DNA of 64,000 bases from assembly GCA_964016885.1 (NCBI GenBank), contig OZ024758.1:12896001-12960000 (forward strand), read 5' to 3'. The notes beneath the pieces are model-generated. The model saw only the letters and a program-made list of their open reading frames with translations, was not told the origin of the DNA and ran no database searches. Positions within the stretch are counted from its first letter, which is position 1; every line of letters begins with the position of its first letter. The DNA comes from Eledone cirrhosa (lineage: Eukaryota). Positions 61,301-64,000 of this stretch are shown here, in pieces. The translations under genes and the position numbers were made by a program.

Positions 61301-62448
61301 GTAGGCTCTACTTGCCGGCAAGGACAAGTTGAGCTTCCAGTAACCGGGGCCCTGTCTATGAGTTCTGTCAAGGTTGACCATGCAGGTCACTAATTTGTGG
61401 TCTGAATAGCCAACCATGCGCATTTTTGGACAACTTAAAAAGTCCTTATCCTTAATTCTAACTAAGAACCTATCTAGGTACGACCTAGATGATCCGCTAC
61501 GATTTGCCCAAGTCCAGGTTGGCGCAGTCGGAAAATCTAGTCGATATCTATCGGCCAGGTCAAATCGACCGATTAACCCTTTGAGGCTATTACACCCCTC
61601 TCTTTCGGGGCAGGCCCCTGCGTAGTCCCAGCGTGCATCTAGGATACCATTCCAGTCCCCCACTAATAGCAAGGAGCGGGACGTCCCTAGAAAAGTCTCC
61701 AGACGATGGAAGAAGTCCGGCCGCATTGACCCGAAAGGGCCGTAGGCGGCTACCAACCTAAACGCTCCGCCTTTACCACTGCCAAGGTCCAGAACCACTA
61801 GTCGACCCTCCGGGTCCAAATGTACCATCTGTGTTGCGAGACCCAGATGTTTTTGCAGCAGAACGACAACTCCACCCCCACCTCCGGGCTGACAGAGAGA
61901 TGCGTGCATCTCAAAGTCATCAAAGGTGGGGGCCAGCTGTCGCACGTTGCTGATCCGGGCCTCGCAAATAACCATCACATCTATACGTTGTGACCTGAGG
62001 TCATTTAGAAGCATTGCTTGCTTCCAAGTTGAGCCCAGGCCACGCGCATTTAAACAGCCTACTCTTAGCATAGCCATGTTGGTGGTGAAGAGAAAAGGCA
62101 CTTACCTCTCTGCGTCCCGGGTATCGGGCTGCACAATTTCCATTAGGGTGGGGGATGGGTTGTTGGGTGGGGTGGTGGTTTGTGGAAGTGTGGGGGCATC
62201 AGTGTGTTGTGTGGTTGGGGAGCTTGGAGTTGTGAGGGTGTTTGGGGAGGGGGTGGGATAGTTTTTTAGGAGGACGCGGTTAATGGGCCCGACGCAGGGG
62301 GGACCCACGTCCTCTTTAAAATTGTTTTTTAAAGTTTTATAGGTGTCCTGTGGGGCCTTAATCATTTTGAGGTGGGGGAAATCCCCTGCCTGGGTGAAGT
62401 TAGGCCCTTGTGTTTTTATTAGATTGTTGTTGTACACAATGTTTACAA
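58378..62448 (-). mobile_element. 5'-truncated Tx1-like LINE (ORF1 C-terminal remnant, ORF2, 3' UTR) inserted in (GATA)n
   Basis: GC/CpG-rich block in AT-rich DNA. Open frame 62102-62448 ends just upstream of ORF2; 3' UTR 58378-58639 ends in AATAAAAGAAA; GATA repeats abut both ends. Confidence 0.9.
58640..62077 (-). CDS. Tx1/L1-clade non-LTR retrotransposon ORF2 (AP endonuclease, reverse transcriptase, C-terminal CCHC knuckle)
   Basis: Stop-free ORF (track 58640..62101; first ATG at 62077). APE motifs GCLNARGL, GDWNG, SYLDRFL, SDH; RT motifs KSPGLDGL, NFRPITLLN, LDQSKAFDRVDH, RQGCPLS, YADD; CPRC..ETVAHALVHC. GPGYWKLN and KLSLKGR segments are typical of Tx1/L1-type ORF2. Confidence 0.95.
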   Translation of the reverse strand: MAMLRVGCLNARGLGSTWKQAMLLNDLRSQRIDVMVICEARISNVRQLAPTFDDFEMHASLCQPGGGGGVVVLLQKHLGLATQMVHLDPEGRLVVLDLGSGKGGAFRLVAAYGPFGSMRPDFFHRLETFLGTSRSLLLVGDWNGILDARWDYAGACPEREGCNSLKGLIGRFDLADRYRLDFPTAPTWTWANRSGSSRSYLDRFLVRIKDKDFLSCPKMRMVGYSDHKLVTCMVNLDRTHRQGPGYWKLNLSLPASRAYRNRISTLVKERLTGAIVNSRWWVSLKREIRVVSIEFSKVLAADRNRKERELIDRVEEAIRSGDVARVLASRTALSQFFDAKHEGCVVRSKIRALGNEGTKAVSWARVTEANSGTKSTIRSLRDLDGRAILEPKQMCEAFQRHFARLFGRGGEPVGNVDFGPYLDGLPRLSDREAKSCEEPISAAEIEDVLSQCGKRKSPGLDGLPYELYLAMPDLFPDLLEAVYCNWQQNGRIPCTVTKGVVTLVRKDENKGDEISNFRPITLLNTELQILAKVLAKRLALVVGNLVGDAQTCAIPSRSIHDNLHLMRYIIERVGNEPGFGGALINLDQSKAFDRVDHGYLDAVLAAAGFGPVFRGWITAMHSSRICSRVKVNGYLSEPFKIARSIRQGCPLSSLLYVLTLEPLLRKLELLQGIPLEPGLRKAVSAYADDVTVMVSTASEIEAVGTLLEEYEKFTGAKLNRDKSIGLQLGTWRGRPMPSDGVVGCWTEGPVKLLGIWFGPDLQVEKNWAEVTNRVFALTQKWASCKLSLKGRAEVANTYIASVIYYRLTVVPCPRETLTKMERALFQFLWKRRAPMVRRSICCQHPSKGGLGMPWLMMRKHALRLRHLYVFLTGQPVWASFVRRTFPRLVSLTELQSWVKQRPRKLGAWHTECAQALTALWQADPVISGDSTATFYRGLVRSRCDDALGEALDMEEDELASLFGRTFSPGPMDNFQKSLAWQCYRGALPVRERLYRHGRPGRDPAKKICPRCVCDEETVAHALVHCSGVADLWGYVEQLLSRVGPIRLTTESIVMIKPPPPFKDEAEAVFLCVIAMAKEVVWWTRLKGLRSGTFLSGQQLVRFFRYHFGRRIRMEREVLHPSRFYERWVKVARMARVNGPSLYIRL

Positions 62449-62508
62449 GATAGATAGATAGATAGATAGATAGATTGATAGATATACACAAACGCTTGTG
62501 TGCGTGTG

Positions 62509-62567
<59 letters not shown>

Positions 62568-63096
62568 GTGTGTGTAAGAGTTTATATATGCAAGTATGTG
62601 TATACGTACGAATATTTGTGTAGGTTTTTAAATGTTATAATATCACATCGTCTTCGTGTTTATTTTATTTTTATTTTATTATTTTTATGTGTTTGGAACT
62701 TCTGTTTATTTACTGGGTTTTAGCTATAGCTGGTGCTTGTTTTGGTCTTATTATTGTTTTTACTGCTTAAATACTCTTTTGTTCTGGTCAATAGCATTTC
62801 TATCGGGGACGCTGCCCACGAAGAGTGAAGCCATTAACAAAATTAAAGCTCTTATTGCGAGAGAAAAATAAAATTGTTTTTCAAAAGTACAAACTTTATT
62901 CATTCTACATGCATGTCATTGACTTCCAATTGTTAAGTAAATGTCTCTGTATAAAATATATCCTAAATGACAATTCCTTTCCTTTAGTTACTCCTACAAA
63001 TTCTTGTGAAATCTCGGAGTAAGTTTAAGCACGTCTAGACGTGATTTGTGGCATTCGTTTTGGTTGTCTCTACTGTGAACTGAACACAACCCGTCC

Positions 63097-63160
63097 AGGT
63101 CAACTTTGCCTTTCATCCATTCGAGGTCGATAAAACTGTATCAGTCCACTACTGTGATCA
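63097..63160 (+). mobile_element. SINE core fragment
   Basis: aggtcaactttgcctttcatccattcgaggtcgataaa. Confidence 0.7.
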
Positions 63161-63227
63161 ATTCTTCCCCTATATCTTATCGCTTTCTTACTTCCTCTTT
63201 ATCACACTATATATAGTGTGTGTGTAT

Positions 63228-63265
<38 letters not shown>

Positions 63266-63318
63266 GTTCTGGTGGCGTACGTGTCATTTGGTGAACAAAC
63301 AAATCCTCTTTCCCTCCC

Positions 63319-63402
<84 letters not shown>

Positions 63403-63444
63403 ATCTCTTTATATATATATATATATATATATTACTACAACAGA

Positions 63445-63530
63445 GGTCCGAAGAGCTTTTTGATTCCAGAGTCGGGCCAGATCAATACAGATCGAACCTT
63501 GAGCTGATCAATAGCGAAACGCGCGTCACC
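63445..63530 (+). ncRNA. Hammerhead-like RNA with CCGAAGA core variant (family K)
   Basis: ggt CCGAAGA gctttttgatt...gatcaatagc GAA acgcgcgT C | acc. The inverted paralog at 41397-41481 reads CCGACGA. Confidence 0.6.
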
Positions 63531-63558
63531 AATCATTAACAAATCGTCCTTGTATTAC

Positions 63559-63606
<48 letters not shown>

Positions 63607-64000
63607 TTCTCTGGAAGAAACTGGCTGTCCTCATACTTAGAGATGGGCTGTACTCCGTCAGATATAAGATACCCTAGACGTGCTGTATATCACTATGACG
63701 ACATACGACTCGATCAGAAGTCACAGGTTCATCCATCCATCCATCCATCCATCCATCCATCCATCCATCCATCCATCCATTCATACATATATATAGCACC
63801 AACAAAATGGCGCTTTCGTCTGCTCCTATAATTTCAAACAAACTTTGCCTTTATTCTAGAAACAAAAACAACAAAAACCCAAATTGTTTCCGAAATTGTC
63901 GAAATTGTGTTAATGCATGCTTGTATTTAATCGTATCTGTAGTAAAGTGTTTGGTGCTTAAGGGGAAAGTCTGGGTCTGAAGTTATTCACATCTTTCAAA

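Noticed and set aside
58721-62261. Short + strand and alternative-frame ORFs inside the LINE
   Set aside because: Shadow ORFs of a GC-rich coding sequence.

Overview
Eukaryotic, AT-rich, microsatellite-saturated genomic DNA. The repeat repertoire suggests a cephalopod such as octopus; this is inference only. Nearly all ORFs in the track are translations of simple repeats. The one clear long CDS is an uninterrupted Tx1/L1-clade LINE ORF2 (endonuclease, RT, zinc knuckle; 58640-62077, minus strand). It sits inside a (GATA)n tract, as do two short 3' stubs of related sequence, which suggests microsatellite target specificity. Also present: decayed RTE-type LINE fragments, a bipartite RTE-derived element, tRNA-derived SINEs, a Helitron-like relic, minisatellites, a 200-N gap and a few possible host exons/promoter motifs. 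The most striking signal is about ten unrelated families of short (100-550 bp) inserts in (TA)n tracts. Most are asymmetric inverted repeats, and eight families carry a hand-foldable type I hammerhead ribozyme (stem I-CUGANGA-stem II-GAAA-short, mostly palindromic stem III-UH-stem I'). This is the known signature of Penelope-like element pseudo-LTRs. Variants include a 39-nt minimal hammerhead, one with a ~116-nt stem II, a CCGANGA core variant, and a 7-copy family retaining only half the ribozyme. All folds were read by eye; no searches were run.
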